From: an uncultured Gammaproteobacteria bacterium
Lineage (GTDB): Bacteria > Patescibacteriota > Patescibacteriia > PEXW01
Direction: 5' to 3'
Length of the DNA stretch: 64,000 nt
NCBI GenBank assembly: GCA_964486505.1
Contig: CAZAMC010000001.1
Coordinates: 106,133 to 170,132 of the forward strand
Shown here: positions 38,428-47,451 of the stretch, one piece after another
Layout of the letters: each line of letters starts with the position of its first letter
Position numbering within the stretch: position 1 is the stretch's first letter
The notes under the pieces: generated by a model
Databases searched by the model: none
Told to the model about the DNA's origin: nothing
What the model saw: the letters and a program-made list of their open reading frames with translations, nothing else
Translations under genes and position numbers: made by a program

Positions 38428-38730
38428 TTAGACGTTCAAGAGCGCGAAGTGAACGCGAACGGCCTTCCCGACGGCGAGGTTCTCACGCTTCCGTACATCG
38501 GCCTTTACAAAAAGCCAGTACGATACTTCTCGATTCCAAAAGATTGAGGTCTTCCAGGACGTGCCCCCGACGATTACCTCCACGCGGAGTGAACCCCAGC
38601 CCCCATGGTTGGGCCGGTATTGCTGGCGAAGTTGCTGCGCCAACTTCCGCGGCACGGTTATGAAATGCCAGCCCCCCGGTCCAGGGAACCGCTTCAGCAC
38701 GCCCCGGAAACTATACGCATGCGGTCTCAC
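38428..38730 (-). CDS. DUF1905-domain protein
   Basis: GGW.F..VP, GWGSL.V...VG...W.TSIF, L.VK..VR..E. Confidence 0.85.
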   Translation of the reverse strand: MRPHAYSFRGVLKRFPGPGGWHFITVPRKLAQQLRQQYRPNHGGWGSLRVEVIVGGTSWKTSIFWNREVSYWLFVKADVRKRENLAVGKAVRVHFALLNV

Positions 38731-39410
38731 AATTTGTACACTACGTCTTTGCGTTCCACCACAATTTTCCAGCCCACCCGCCGAGCGTACGTGTAGAGAA
38801 TGCGGTTTGGGTTAAAACAAATAGGGACATCAACGAGTTTAAGCATGGGGATGTCCCCTTCCGAATCCCCCAAGCCCACCGAGCCCTTCAAGGAGATGCC
38901 TTCGTGGGCAATAGCGTGTTTCAGTATCTGGGCTTTGTCGTTAATGACCTCGGCATGCAGGATCTTCCCCGTAAAACGCTGATGGGCGTCCAGCTCAAAC
39001 ATGCGGCCGTACACTCGATGAAAGCCCCAGTGCTTGGTGAACTCCACCACAAGGTCACGGGGCGAGTGGGATATCGCCAGCAAAAAATACCGCTGTTTCC
39101 GCAGCTTTCTAATCATATCTCGGGTATACCGGTACACCCGATGTTTCTGGTATCCAATGACCTTACGAACCACGCGCAAAAAGACGGTTCGTTGAACGCC
39201 GGCAATGTATTTGTCGAACGCTCGAACAACGTCGGCAATGTAGGCGTCGTAGCCCGCCTTCCGATTCAACCAATTCTCAAAGCTCTGCTGGTACACCCGC
39301 CGAGCCCGTGCAGGAAAAATGCCTTCAGCGATGAGGGCGTTGGTTACCTCGATGAGCAAACTCGAGCGAAAGATGGTGCCATCAATGTCAAAAATGGCTA
39401 GCTTCTTCAT
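38727..39410 (-). CDS. HAD-IB family hydrolase (phosphoserine-phosphatase-like)
   Basis: FDIDGT, GDSEGD.PML, NP motifs. Confidence 0.9.
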   Translation of the reverse strand: MKKLAIFDIDGTIFRSSLLIEVTNALIAEGIFPARARRVYQQSFENWLNRKAGYDAYIADVVRAFDKYIAGVQRTVFLRVVRKVIGYQKHRVYRYTRDMIRKLRKQRYFLLAISHSPRDLVVEFTKHWGFHRVYGRMFELDAHQRFTGKILHAEVINDKAQILKHAIAHEGISLKGSVGLGDSEGDIPMLKLVDVPICFNPNRILYTYARRVGWKIVVERKDVVYKL

Positions 39411-39475
39411 AGAACAAGTATACACCTGCGGCTTGCGCCAGGGGCACGCGCTTCCTAAATTTTCCCCCTGGATTT

Positions 39476-39901
39476 CTAATCAAACGCGAGAATCGTCAAA
39501 AACAAGCCAATAACGCAAATGATGCTTGCAAAGTAGATGCTCGCTTTTTCAAAGGTGACTGTACGCCAGCGCTGGGGCAACAAACGGAGCAACACCAGCC
39601 AGGCTCCAAGAAAAATTGCGGTGTTCAGGGCAAAAGGGAAAATCGAACCATCCGGCGGGATGTCGCTGCCCAGGGGCGGTAAGGGGTAGTAGAATGTCAC
39701 AAAAGGAAAACCGGCTTTGGCGATGAGGGGAGCTCGTACCGAGCCGGGTTCATTGAAGTACTTTTGCAAATCAATGTCCTGGTAGGGCAAGTCCGTACGC
39801 GAAGACCACAGAGAAATCCAGGTGGTAATGAGGGCGAGGGCAACCGCGGCCTTCACGAAGGAAAAATGATGCTTGTTGATCTGCGGTGTATCATTAGCCA
39901 T
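39476..39901 (-). CDS. Hypothetical membrane protein
   Basis: Three hydrophobic helices, GFP motif. Confidence 0.65.
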   Translation of the reverse strand: MANDTPQINKHHFSFVKAAVALALITTWISLWSSRTDLPYQDIDLQKYFNEPGSVRAPLIAKAGFPFVTFYYPLPPLGSDIPPDGSIFPFALNTAIFLGAWLVLLRLLPQRWRTVTFEKASIYFASIICVIGLFLTILAFD

Positions 39902-39914
39902 AAATTGGTTCTCT

Positions 39915-41153
39915 TTACGAGCAGTAGTCGCTCATAGTCCCGCTCACGCCGTCAGCCGCCGGAAGGGCGCGAACCGTTGCTTCATCGGTAGCGGAAAGCC
40001 AGTCAAACCAGCATACGGCAAAGTACGCGTTGCTCACCATGTCACTGTGTGCCGTTTGATAAGCGACATCCTGCGAAGCAGCGTTTGCCGTTCGCAAGTC
40101 GTAGACACCAAGGTCGAAACCGACGTTATCTGGATGCCCAACTGCAGTAGCGATAACGGTCCCGGATTTAATGAATGCCGGCTTGACTATGTACGATTGC
40201 GAACTCTCATTCGGCGCGGGCAGCTGGCTAGCCAGGGCGGCCATAGTGGACGAAAGTGTATGCAGGTGGTCCAGCCGGTAACGGATGCCGCAGGGGTGGA
40301 TGAAGTCGAAGTAGTACTGAATATCCGCGCCTTCGTAATGCCGAGAGCCATCTACGACGTACCCATCAAACGGTGCGGTAATCGTAACTGCGTTGTAGGC
40401 CTGGCCATCTAGGCGGAAACCACCGTGAGGCTTGTACTGGCCGCCGCGTACTTGGCCCGGGTACAAAACAGAACTGGCTTGGGCAATGTTTACAGGCAAT
40501 CGAATAGTGAATGGTGTTGGGCACGTTGGCACCGTCCCTCCAGATGCTACCCACTTCGTACCGTTGAAGTTCCACGACACGCTACTGAACGGCGTAAGGC
40601 TCTTCACCAGAGCTGCAAGAGATTGCGCAAAAGGACTCGTGCTCTGTTTGGTCCACTTTTCGGAAACACTGTAGACGTTTACTTTGTCGTTTGAGAGTAA
40701 GACAACCCGCCACGTTGTTTTCACGCCCCGGACAGTTTTGGTAAGGGTGAGGAGGGATGCACTCCATCCAGAACGCGTGTACGTACTGATTCTTACGGTC
40801 GCACCAAGTTTTGTAGCGAGAACCTTTGCATACGCGTTCACAAAACCCGACCAACTTTTTTTCAAGCTGGACTTCAAGCTCGTCGTCAGGACGGCCGAGT
40901 CGTTATTGAGTAACTGCACAGTAGCGCTGTAGCTCACACCTTTCGCGGCAAGAGTCTTCAACGTCGCCGCGGGTGGTACCACCCCCACAGACTTTGCGAA
41001 CTTCTTCGTGCTCCAAGTGCTGGGGTACGTGAAGCTGTACTGATCTGCGGTGTACGTGTAGGTCTTGGTCGTGGCGGCGTACACGGGCACTGCCTGCAGA
41101 ATAGTGCCTGCGGTGAAGAGAATGCTCAGCACAATGGCAAGTTTCTTTACCAT
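39915..41153 (-). CDS. Secreted protein: PsbP-like N-domain plus degenerate M23-like C-domain
   Basis: Signal peptide; YSFTYPSTW; H....D...AP.DG.V...DHL...G..IA; start placed by TATACT-N6-ATG. Confidence 0.55.
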   Translation of the reverse strand: MVKKLAIVLSILFTAGTILQAVPVYAATTKTYTYTADQYSFTYPSTWSTKKFAKSVGVVPPAATLKTLAAKGVSYSATVQLLNNDSAVLTTSLKSSLKKSWSGFVNAYAKVLATKLGATVRISTYTRSGWSASLLTLTKTVRGVKTTWRVVLLSNDKVNVYSVSEKWTKQSTSPFAQSLAALVKSLTPFSSVSWNFNGTKWVASGGTVPTCPTPFTIRLPVNIAQASSVLYPGQVRGGQYKPHGGFRLDGQAYNAVTITAPFDGYVVDGSRHYEGADIQYYFDFIHPCGIRYRLDHLHTLSSTMAALASQLPAPNESSQSYIVKPAFIKSGTVIATAVGHPDNVGFDLGVYDLRTANAASQDVAYQTAHSDMVSNAYFAVCWFDWLSATDEATVRALPAADGVSGTMSDYCS

Positions 41154-41165
41154 ACGCATAGTATA

Positions 41166-41528
41166 CTACTGAACTTTGGCAAGGTTCTCCGTAAGCCGGT
41201 ATTTCACAATTCTGGTTATGAGACGGTAAGGAATGCGAACGCCCCAAGGAAATTGCACAGTCCCCTTTGACGTTCTGTACGGCTGAAGCGCCTTGGCGAA
41301 CACCCGCATGGCCACTGAGCCGGGAAAGAAACTTACGTGCTGTTTAAAACCCCCAAAGTGCACAAGGTTCTTACCGTGCACCTGGAAGGTTGGAATGCCA
41401 TACCGCATTACCTCGGTAGCGTGCGGCGCTGCTCTTCGAATGGTTGTGCGGAGGGTCTGCAAAATCCGCCTTTCCGGTGGCGGGAAGGCCTTCAGGTACG
41501 CAGCAACAGTTTTTACGGATGTACGCAT
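41166..41528 (-). CDS. DUF1801/YdhG-family protein
   Basis: V..Y...P, AP.A.E...YG.P.F, F..FK.H.SF.P, SKGT.QFP. Confidence 0.88.
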   Translation of the reverse strand: MRTSVKTVAAYLKAFPPPERRILQTLRTTIRRAAPHATEVMRYGIPTFQVHGKNLVHFGGFKQHVSFFPGSVAMRVFAKALQPYRTSKGTVQFPWGVRIPYRLITRIVKYRLTENLAKVQ

Positions 41529-41601
41529 GTACACTCATCTGCTAGTGCTATGGTATGAGTATACAGTACCGGGCTTGCTTCCGAAAATGGCTGACTGTTG
41601 C

Positions 41602-42177
41602 TTAGCTATTCACACACAAGCGCTTCGCCCGCTGGTACCAATCTTCAACAGATCCACAAAGCCACCACGCGTCCTGTTCAACCGTAGCGAGGTTATCGGG
41701 AAACGAAAGAAGCTCGGGTTGGTGAAACGGCACTTGTCCGGGGGAAAGTGCCAGACTTAAAGGGTGTGCACCCAGGCGATCGCGAATTTGTAGCAGGGTT
41801 TTCCCCCGAAAGTGCTCCCCTAGCCGCTGAACACAACGGCGCAGTGCAATATCCTGGATGTGCGTTCGCACAGGTCCACGTTTGGCGTAGTCCGTACCAG
41901 ACTCCACGTTACTTGGGTCATCATCGTACACATCGGCAGCGGTAGCCACGAGCTGCTCTAGCAATTCTGGCCGCTGCTTCAAGTATGCCAAATAGGCGTC
42001 TTCATACAGTTGGCAGGCTTCAACGTACTCGTAGAGTTTCCCTTCCACCAGCCAGGCCATGCGCCAATGCCCTTTGCCGTACGTGGCATCGCGCTTTGCC
42101 CATTCGGCATTGCGATGCTTGCCAACGTAACCCGTGGAGGTGTTGGAAAGAATTTTCCAAAATTTGGGGTCGAGCAT
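41602..42177 (-). CDS. Hypothetical soluble protein
   Basis: Intact 191-aa ORF with TAGAGT-N6-ATG; enzyme-like DVYD/HIQD/SPG.VPFH motifs. Confidence 0.7.
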   Translation of the reverse strand: MLDPKFWKILSNTSTGYVGKHRNAEWAKRDATYGKGHWRMAWLVEGKLYEYVEACQLYEDAYLAYLKQRPELLEQLVATAADVYDDDPSNVESGTDYAKRGPVRTHIQDIALRRCVQRLGEHFRGKTLLQIRDRLGAHPLSLALSPGQVPFHQPELLSFPDNLATVEQDAWWLCGSVEDWYQRAKRLCVNS

Positions 42178-42238
42178 GTGAGTACTCTACCCGGTGACCG
42201 GCTACGCGGACTAGTGAAGTGGACTTCAGCAAGAAATA

Positions 42239-42736
42239 CTACCGAACTTCTCGCACGCTCAGTACAACGTCCTTCCCCCCAATGGTTCGGTGAATTGTAT
42301 CCCCCACTTGCCTGCCCATGAGCAACGCGCCCAAGGGTGATTTGTGTGAAATAATCCCCCGCCCTGGGTCGGTTTCGGTTGGGCCAAGAATGCGGAACGT
42401 TTGGCGCCCGCCGTCTTGCTCAATAGTCACGGTGCTTCCAAGTTGAACAATTCCCGATTCGCTACGAGACGGGATAATCTGCGCAAGCTTAAGGTGGTCT
42501 TCAATTTCCAGGATGCGTTGGTTAATACCTCGCAACCGCCCTTTAGACAGTTGGTAGGCCGCGTTTTCCGAAAAGTCCCCCATTTCTGCCAAGCGCTTCA
42601 CTTCAGCCGCCGCCTCGGGGCGCGCCCGCAGCAGTCGAGCGAGTTGTTGTTTGAGCTCGTCAAACTTTCCCTGCGTCATGTGCGGGTCTCGCTGTTGGTC
42701 TGTGTACTTCCCCGGTTTCCGGGCAGGGATGCGCAT
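42239..42736 (-). CDS. GreA/GreB-family elongation factor (second copy)
   Basis: GDFSENAAY, ILG..E.DP..G.IS..SPLG; ATG at 42736. Confidence 0.9.
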   Translation of the reverse strand: MRIPARKPGKYTDQQRDPHMTQGKFDELKQQLARLLRARPEAAAEVKRLAEMGDFSENAAYQLSKGRLRGINQRILEIEDHLKLAQIIPSRSESGIVQLGSTVTIEQDGGRQTFRILGPTETDPGRGIISHKSPLGALLMGRQVGDTIHRTIGGKDVVLSVREVR

Positions 42737-43113
42737 TACCCTTGTATACCTGGTTGGCTGGGCTGTCGCTGCTTGTAGAGGATGTACCAGCCAGCAATTG
42801 CGCCAATGATGGGTGGGAAAGCCATGAGGAGGCCTTCTGCCGTATGGGGGCCCAGCAGGTATACCGTCAGGGCTAACCCGATAACCAAAAAGCCAAATGG
42901 CCGAACGTCTTTGAAAAATCGGCACACCCCAAAGGCGAGCAGAAGGTACAGCGCCCCCCATATGAACATAGTGAAGCTGGATGCCCCCGCCCCGCAGCTA
43001 ATTTCTGTGGACCGCTCGGCGGCTGAGCACAAACCGTAGGCTTGCACGACCCCAGCAACAAGGGCGGCAACCAAGTGAGCAGTGAACGCGTAGAATAGGA
43101 AGTGACGCTTCAT
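42736..43113 (-). CDS. Hypothetical membrane protein
   Basis: Four hydrophobic helices; TATACT-N7-ATG. Confidence 0.6.
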   Translation of the reverse strand: MKRHFLFYAFTAHLVAALVAGVVQAYGLCSAAERSTEISCGAGASSFTMFIWGALYLLLAFGVCRFFKDVRPFGFLVIGLALTVYLLGPHTAEGLLMAFPPIIGAIAGWYILYKQRQPSQPGIQG

Positions 43114-43196
43114 GCCCTAGAGTATATACCTACGCTTCAAAAAGTGTCATCCGTAAAACTCCTACAAAATTTGGTTTGTAAGGTATACTGACGCCC

Positions 43197-44717
43197 ATGA
43201 CCAACCGCACCAAAATGGCACTCCGGCTAGGCCTGGTTGCCCTTGTACCCATTCTTGCCTTATCACCGGTGTTCCCAGCGCCTGCGAGCGTGGCGGCTGA
43301 ACCAGTGGTGGCGTACCCGAACTACAAGATTGCCGTCATTATGGTGACGTTCTCAGATAACCCGGCAAAGCCAACAATTGACGGCACGAAGACGGTGTTA
43401 ACCAAAGCCTATGTCAGCGAGGCACTCTTCACCGGCTCTACGTCCATGGCCGCCTTCTACGCCGATGCTTCGCGTGGGCAGGTTACCATAACGGGCGAAG
43501 TCTTTGATAATGCCGGGCAGTGGTACACCATCACTCGGCCACTCCTCAATGCCGAAGGTTGCGACTGGACAGAGTACTTCCGCGAAACCATCCGTGCCGC
43601 GAACGCAGACATAGACTTTAGCCAGTTCAACCAGGTGATGATGATTTCCCCCCGCCACGGCTGCAGTACCGGGGGTATCGCGGCAAGCGAAGTGGTACCG
43701 GATACGAACGGCGCTACGTACAGCGTCATTGACGTCAGTGGTTCTTTCGGCCGGATCCCCGACCACGAGCTGGGGCACACGATGCGCCTGGGCCACGCGA
43801 ACTCGTGGGAGTGCAAAGCCCCGGGGGTGCTGGTGGGAACGAATTGTGCCTCAATTGAATACGGCGACCGCTTTAACGTGATGGGCGTGAGCCCCCGCAT
43901 GCTCCAGCCCACCGGTTGGCAAAAAGAATTTCTGGGCTGGCTGGCGCCCGAAGAAATCACTACAGCAACCACAAGCGGTGATTACATTCTTCAGGCCTAC
44001 GAGTTGAACAACACGTTACCCAAGGTACTCAAAATTCCTCAAGCCTGGGACGCTGCTGGAGCGGTGACAAACTGGTACTACCTAGAGTACCGCCAACCCG
44101 TGGGCTTTGATAACCTGGTGCGAACGCCAACCATTCAGGAACTGGGCATTCCAAATGGTGTACTCGTCCACGCCATTCCAACCTCCAATCCATTTGTTAC
44201 AACGTCCCTGCTAGACATGACGCCAGGCTCTCTGCCAGGGCGGGATATATTTGATCCGGCCTTACCCTTGGGCTACAGCTACACCGATGCCCAAGCCGGC
44301 GTTAGCTTTGGTGTGCTGGCGCGTACCGCAACGACCATGACCATCCGGGTGAAATTCGGTGGGGCCAGTCTGTGCGCACCAAAAGCCCCAACCGTAACCA
44401 TTAAAAGTGTTAAAGGCTTTGGGAAGCCAGGCCAAGAATTGCGGTATGACCTTACGGTGAAGAACAACTCTGTGCTTTGCGGGAAGCAGAGTCTGGAAGT
44501 GCTCACGCGCAAAGCACCAGCGGGCTGGAAAGTGACAATTGATAAGAAGAGCAAGAACGCCTTGAGCGTGCTCTCGGGTCAAACTCAAAAATTTACGGTT
44601 CGGCTAACTTCACCGAAAAAAGCCACGTACCAGAAGTACACATTTGCCCTCGAAGCCCGGCTCGCAAAAAAGCCAACCAACAAGCGGGCAATTCAGCTGA
44701 AACCGGCGATTCGCTAG
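43197..44717 (+). CDS. Secreted metzincin metalloprotease (M6/M11-like) with C-terminal NEW3/Ig-like domain
   Basis: Signal peptide; HELGHTMRLGH, EYGD...VMG Met-turn, YYLEYRQ..GFD. Confidence 0.8.
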   Translation: MTNRTKMALRLGLVALVPILALSPVFPAPASVAAEPVVAYPNYKIAVIMVTFSDNPAKPTIDGTKTVLTKAYVSEALFTGSTSMAAFYADASRGQVTITGEVFDNAGQWYTITRPLLNAEGCDWTEYFRETIRAANADIDFSQFNQVMMISPRHGCSTGGIAASEVVPDTNGATYSVIDVSGSFGRIPDHELGHTMRLGHANSWECKAPGVLVGTNCASIEYGDRFNVMGVSPRMLQPTGWQKEFLGWLAPEEITTATTSGDYILQAYELNNTLPKVLKIPQAWDAAGAVTNWYYLEYRQPVGFDNLVRTPTIQELGIPNGVLVHAIPTSNPFVTTSLLDMTPGSLPGRDIFDPALPLGYSYTDAQAGVSFGVLARTATTMTIRVKFGGASLCAPKAPTVTIKSVKGFGKPGQELRYDLTVKNNSVLCGKQSLEVLTRKAPAGWKVTIDKKSKNALSVLSGQTQKFTVRLTSPKKATYQKYTFALEARLAKKPTNKRAIQLKPAIR

Positions 44718-44720
44718 CAC

Positions 44721-45323
44721 TTAGGCTTCCACCCCAAGGGCCCGCAGGTCCGTCTTTAGCTGCTCTAGATTTTTAAACAGTATGGTCTGCATGCCCAACG
44801 CCCGAGCGGGCGGGAGGTTCTTTTCGAGATCATCAATGAACACGCATTCGGTAGCGGGTACCTGCAAAGCCTGTAGGGCATCTTGGTAAATCTTTTGCTC
44901 GGGCTTGGCCGACTCACTGGTGTAGGAGGTAATAATTGCGTCAAAAATTTTGCCAAGGGCTTTTTCCTCAATGTGGGGCGCAAACCACGACTCAATGTGG
45001 TTTGAGATAATGCCCAGCTTATACTTACCCAGCAAGGTCGTTTGCACAAACAACAACATGCTTGGGTTATAGTTCAGAAATTCATCTATGTCGCGGTGAA
45101 ATTGCTCCTCGCTCACTCCCGCAAGCGCAGACAGCTCTGACCAAAAGCGCCGGGAATCTATCTTCCCCACCCGAGCTTCGTACCATATTGCTAGCAAACT
45201 CTTGGTGAATGCCTCAACGTCAAAACCATGTTTCTTGGCATACGCCTCACAGAAATCATTGAACGTCAACGAGCTGGTGAATACCCCGCCCCAGTCAAAA
45301 ATTAGGGTTGTGATCTTTGGCAT
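44721..45323 (-). CDS. HAD-IA family phosphatase
   Basis: IFDWGGV, ISN, KP, FIDD. Confidence 0.9.
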   Translation of the reverse strand: MPKITTLIFDWGGVFTSSLTFNDFCEAYAKKHGFDVEAFTKSLLAIWYEARVGKIDSRRFWSELSALAGVSEEQFHRDIDEFLNYNPSMLLFVQTTLLGKYKLGIISNHIESWFAPHIEEKALGKIFDAIITSYTSESAKPEQKIYQDALQALQVPATECVFIDDLEKNLPPARALGMQTILFKNLEQLKTDLRALGVEA

Positions 45324-45364
45324 ACACGTAGTATACCCTTGACAGCCTACTCTACCTATGACCC

Positions 45365-45724
45365 CTAAAACCCTGCGCAACCCGCATCATGCAAGCTCCT
45401 CGTCGATTCGTAATACGGAACGCGAGTAAAGTACCAGATAGCGAATAGAACAATGACGCCAACCAGAAGCAGAAGCACCGCTGGGTAGAGGTACTTCAGC
45501 ACCTCCTTTATTTCTACAAGGGCTGCTTGATTCTCTGGTGATTGCGGGTTTCTGGTTACAAAGCGTTTTCGGACTTCAAAGAATGCCAGCGCGAAACAGG
45601 CTAAGAGGAAAAACATGCTCAGTGCGAGCAGTCCGTAAAGGGAATACGTTGCCACCGCTGAGTCCTCCTGAATTCCCCAGGTTTCGCAGAGCATCCCGCC
45701 GACGTTCTCAATAGTTACTGCCAT
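45365..45724 (-). CDS. Hypothetical membrane protein
   Basis: Two TM helices; TACACT-N6-ATG. Confidence 0.55.
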   Translation of the reverse strand: MAVTIENVGGMLCETWGIQEDSAVATYSLYGLLALSMFFLLACFALAFFEVRKRFVTRNPQSPENQAALVEIKEVLKYLYPAVLLLLVGVIVLFAIWYFTRVPYYESTRSLHDAGCAGF

Positions 45725-45811
45725 ATGTGTAGTGTACGTGTTTTAGAAAAAAACTACATCTATCATCCGCCCTTGGATTATAGGAGCCCCGCTACCAAAT
45801 TGCCACATAGA

Positions 45812-45842
45812 AAAACAAGAAGTGGGTTAGACTTCTTGTTTT
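45812..45842 (-). terminator. Hairpin terminator after the fatty-acid-hydroxylase-like gene
   Basis: AAAACAAGAAGT-N7-ACTTCTTGTTTT 12-bp inverted repeat abutting the stop codon. Confidence 0.65.
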
Positions 45843-46671
45843 ACCGAATGAGCGAGGTAGCCTTTGCCTCTCGTTTCCTGGCCCAGGAATCCAGCCAGCG
45901 GACAAAACGCCGGGGCGGCGCAACCTGGAATTCATCTGCAGTGGCCAGCCGACCTTCGAGCAAGAGCCGTTTGGGGAAGTGGCAGGTGCCAAAGAGCCAG
46001 TCGAACACCGGCAGACCAAAGAAGCCACTAATGGTTTCGTTCACGTTCACGTTGGCATGGTGGAAGTGATGGAAACCGTAGACTCTCTGCCAGAGCCAGC
46101 CGAAGTGCCGATGCTCTACGGCGCGTTTCCACCACGCGTAGGGGTAGTGCTCCACGGCGTGGAACACTTCGTAGCTGACCATTGACCAGGTGATTGCAGC
46201 GTAGCCACCCAGGATGACCGGTGCGTGTGGTAAGCAGAGCTGCACGCCAATGAGCAGCGGCGTGAACAGCGCCCAAAAGCTGAGCAGCGCGTACCACGGG
46301 AACGCCGAAGCTTCAAACTGCGTCCCTTCCACAATGGGGTAGCGGTTTAGGACAATGCGTCCGGGGCCCGCTTCATTCTTGCGGAGCCGAATGGGCGTGA
46401 GGCTATGGTGCAAACGGTGATCCTTTGCTAATTGCTTCGCCCACGAAAATGGCGCAACGTGGAGCACGTACCGGTGGAAGCCCCACTCGAACAGGGAGTT
46501 AAACAGGTGCATGACCAGGAAGACGAGGCTGAACGCGCCAAACCCGGCCGTCACTTGAGTCTTCCAGATTCCGGGGAACGCATACGCTATGCCAATGAGG
46601 AGCAAGAGCAGCTGGACGCAGACGAAAAGGAGGAACCACCGAATCGAGAAGCGTTTACTGTGCGTTGCCAT
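45841..46671 (-). CDS. Fatty acid hydroxylase/sterol desaturase superfamily membrane di-iron enzyme
   Basis: His boxes HRYVLH, HRLHH, HAVEH, HHFHH; TM helices; DWLFGT; GGAGGT SD. Confidence 0.8.
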   Translation of the reverse strand: MATHSKRFSIRWFLLFVCVQLLLLLIGIAYAFPGIWKTQVTAGFGAFSLVFLVMHLFNSLFEWGFHRYVLHVAPFSWAKQLAKDHRLHHSLTPIRLRKNEAGPGRIVLNRYPIVEGTQFEASAFPWYALLSFWALFTPLLIGVQLCLPHAPVILGGYAAITWSMVSYEVFHAVEHYPYAWWKRAVEHRHFGWLWQRVYGFHHFHHANVNVNETISGFFGLPVFDWLFGTCHFPKRLLLEGRLATADEFQVAPPRRFVRWLDSWARKREAKATSLIR

Positions 46672-46810
46672 GGAGTTACCTCCGAGGTTTCAGGTTATAA
46701 AGGTGTCACATATTCATGCAACCCGCTGCTGTAATTACAGAGCGAGAAGTGTGTATTTTTCTGTTTCGTGAGTATAGGCGAAACCCACCCGAAAAACAAT
46801 TCTGGTAATT

Positions 46811-47395
46811 CTACAGTTCAGTAACTTCCTCGCACTTAACCAACTTACTATTTAGAAAGGCAATGACCTGTTCTCTTGCTTCCATTGGAATGTGGAAACC
46901 AAAAGCAAACTGCGGTGGCCGTTCTGGATGCTGGACACTTTCCTTGTGAAAAATTTGTACACGTGGAAGCTTGAGATTTTCATCACTAATATGGGGCTGC
47001 AAAGCAGTTGTTATTGCAAAGTACTTATAATTTTTCCACATTCGTTTTTCATTGGGTGGTTCTATCATCGTCACCCCTTCATCATCAAAAAGTATTTTTC
47101 TATACCGGTAAGCTGTGATTTCCGCATTACCAATAAGAGTAATAAAACCAAAGACACAGACGGCACCAACCATGAGGAACGCTGCAAATGTGAAATCTTT
47201 CCATGTTGCGTACACTTGGTACGCAATATAGAGCGCTACGGGCGCCAAGGTTATCATAACCCATTTGTTTGGCATCCATTTGGGTAGACTTTTCTTCTTT
47301 GACGATGTGGATCCCAAAGTCAGCAACAAACCCCTGGGAGTCTTTTCTATGGACCCGGTAACTTTTGGTGTGAACTGTATGTTTGCATCACTCAT
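46811..47395 (-). CDS. Hypothetical membrane protein with possible bacterial PH-like domain
   Basis: Two TMs, then I.F...GV.......W..Y..F pattern; AT-rich. Confidence 0.6.
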   Translation of the reverse strand: MSDANIQFTPKVTGSIEKTPRGLLLTLGSTSSKKKSLPKWMPNKWVMITLAPVALYIAYQVYATWKDFTFAAFLMVGAVCVFGFITLIGNAEITAYRYRKILFDDEGVTMIEPPNEKRMWKNYKYFAITTALQPHISDENLKLPRVQIFHKESVQHPERPPQFAFGFHIPMEAREQVIAFLNSKLVKCEEVTEL

Positions 47396-47451
47396 AATGG
47401 CCTCTTTATACTACTCTTCTGAAAATATCCAATGTAGACAACATTTACTCC

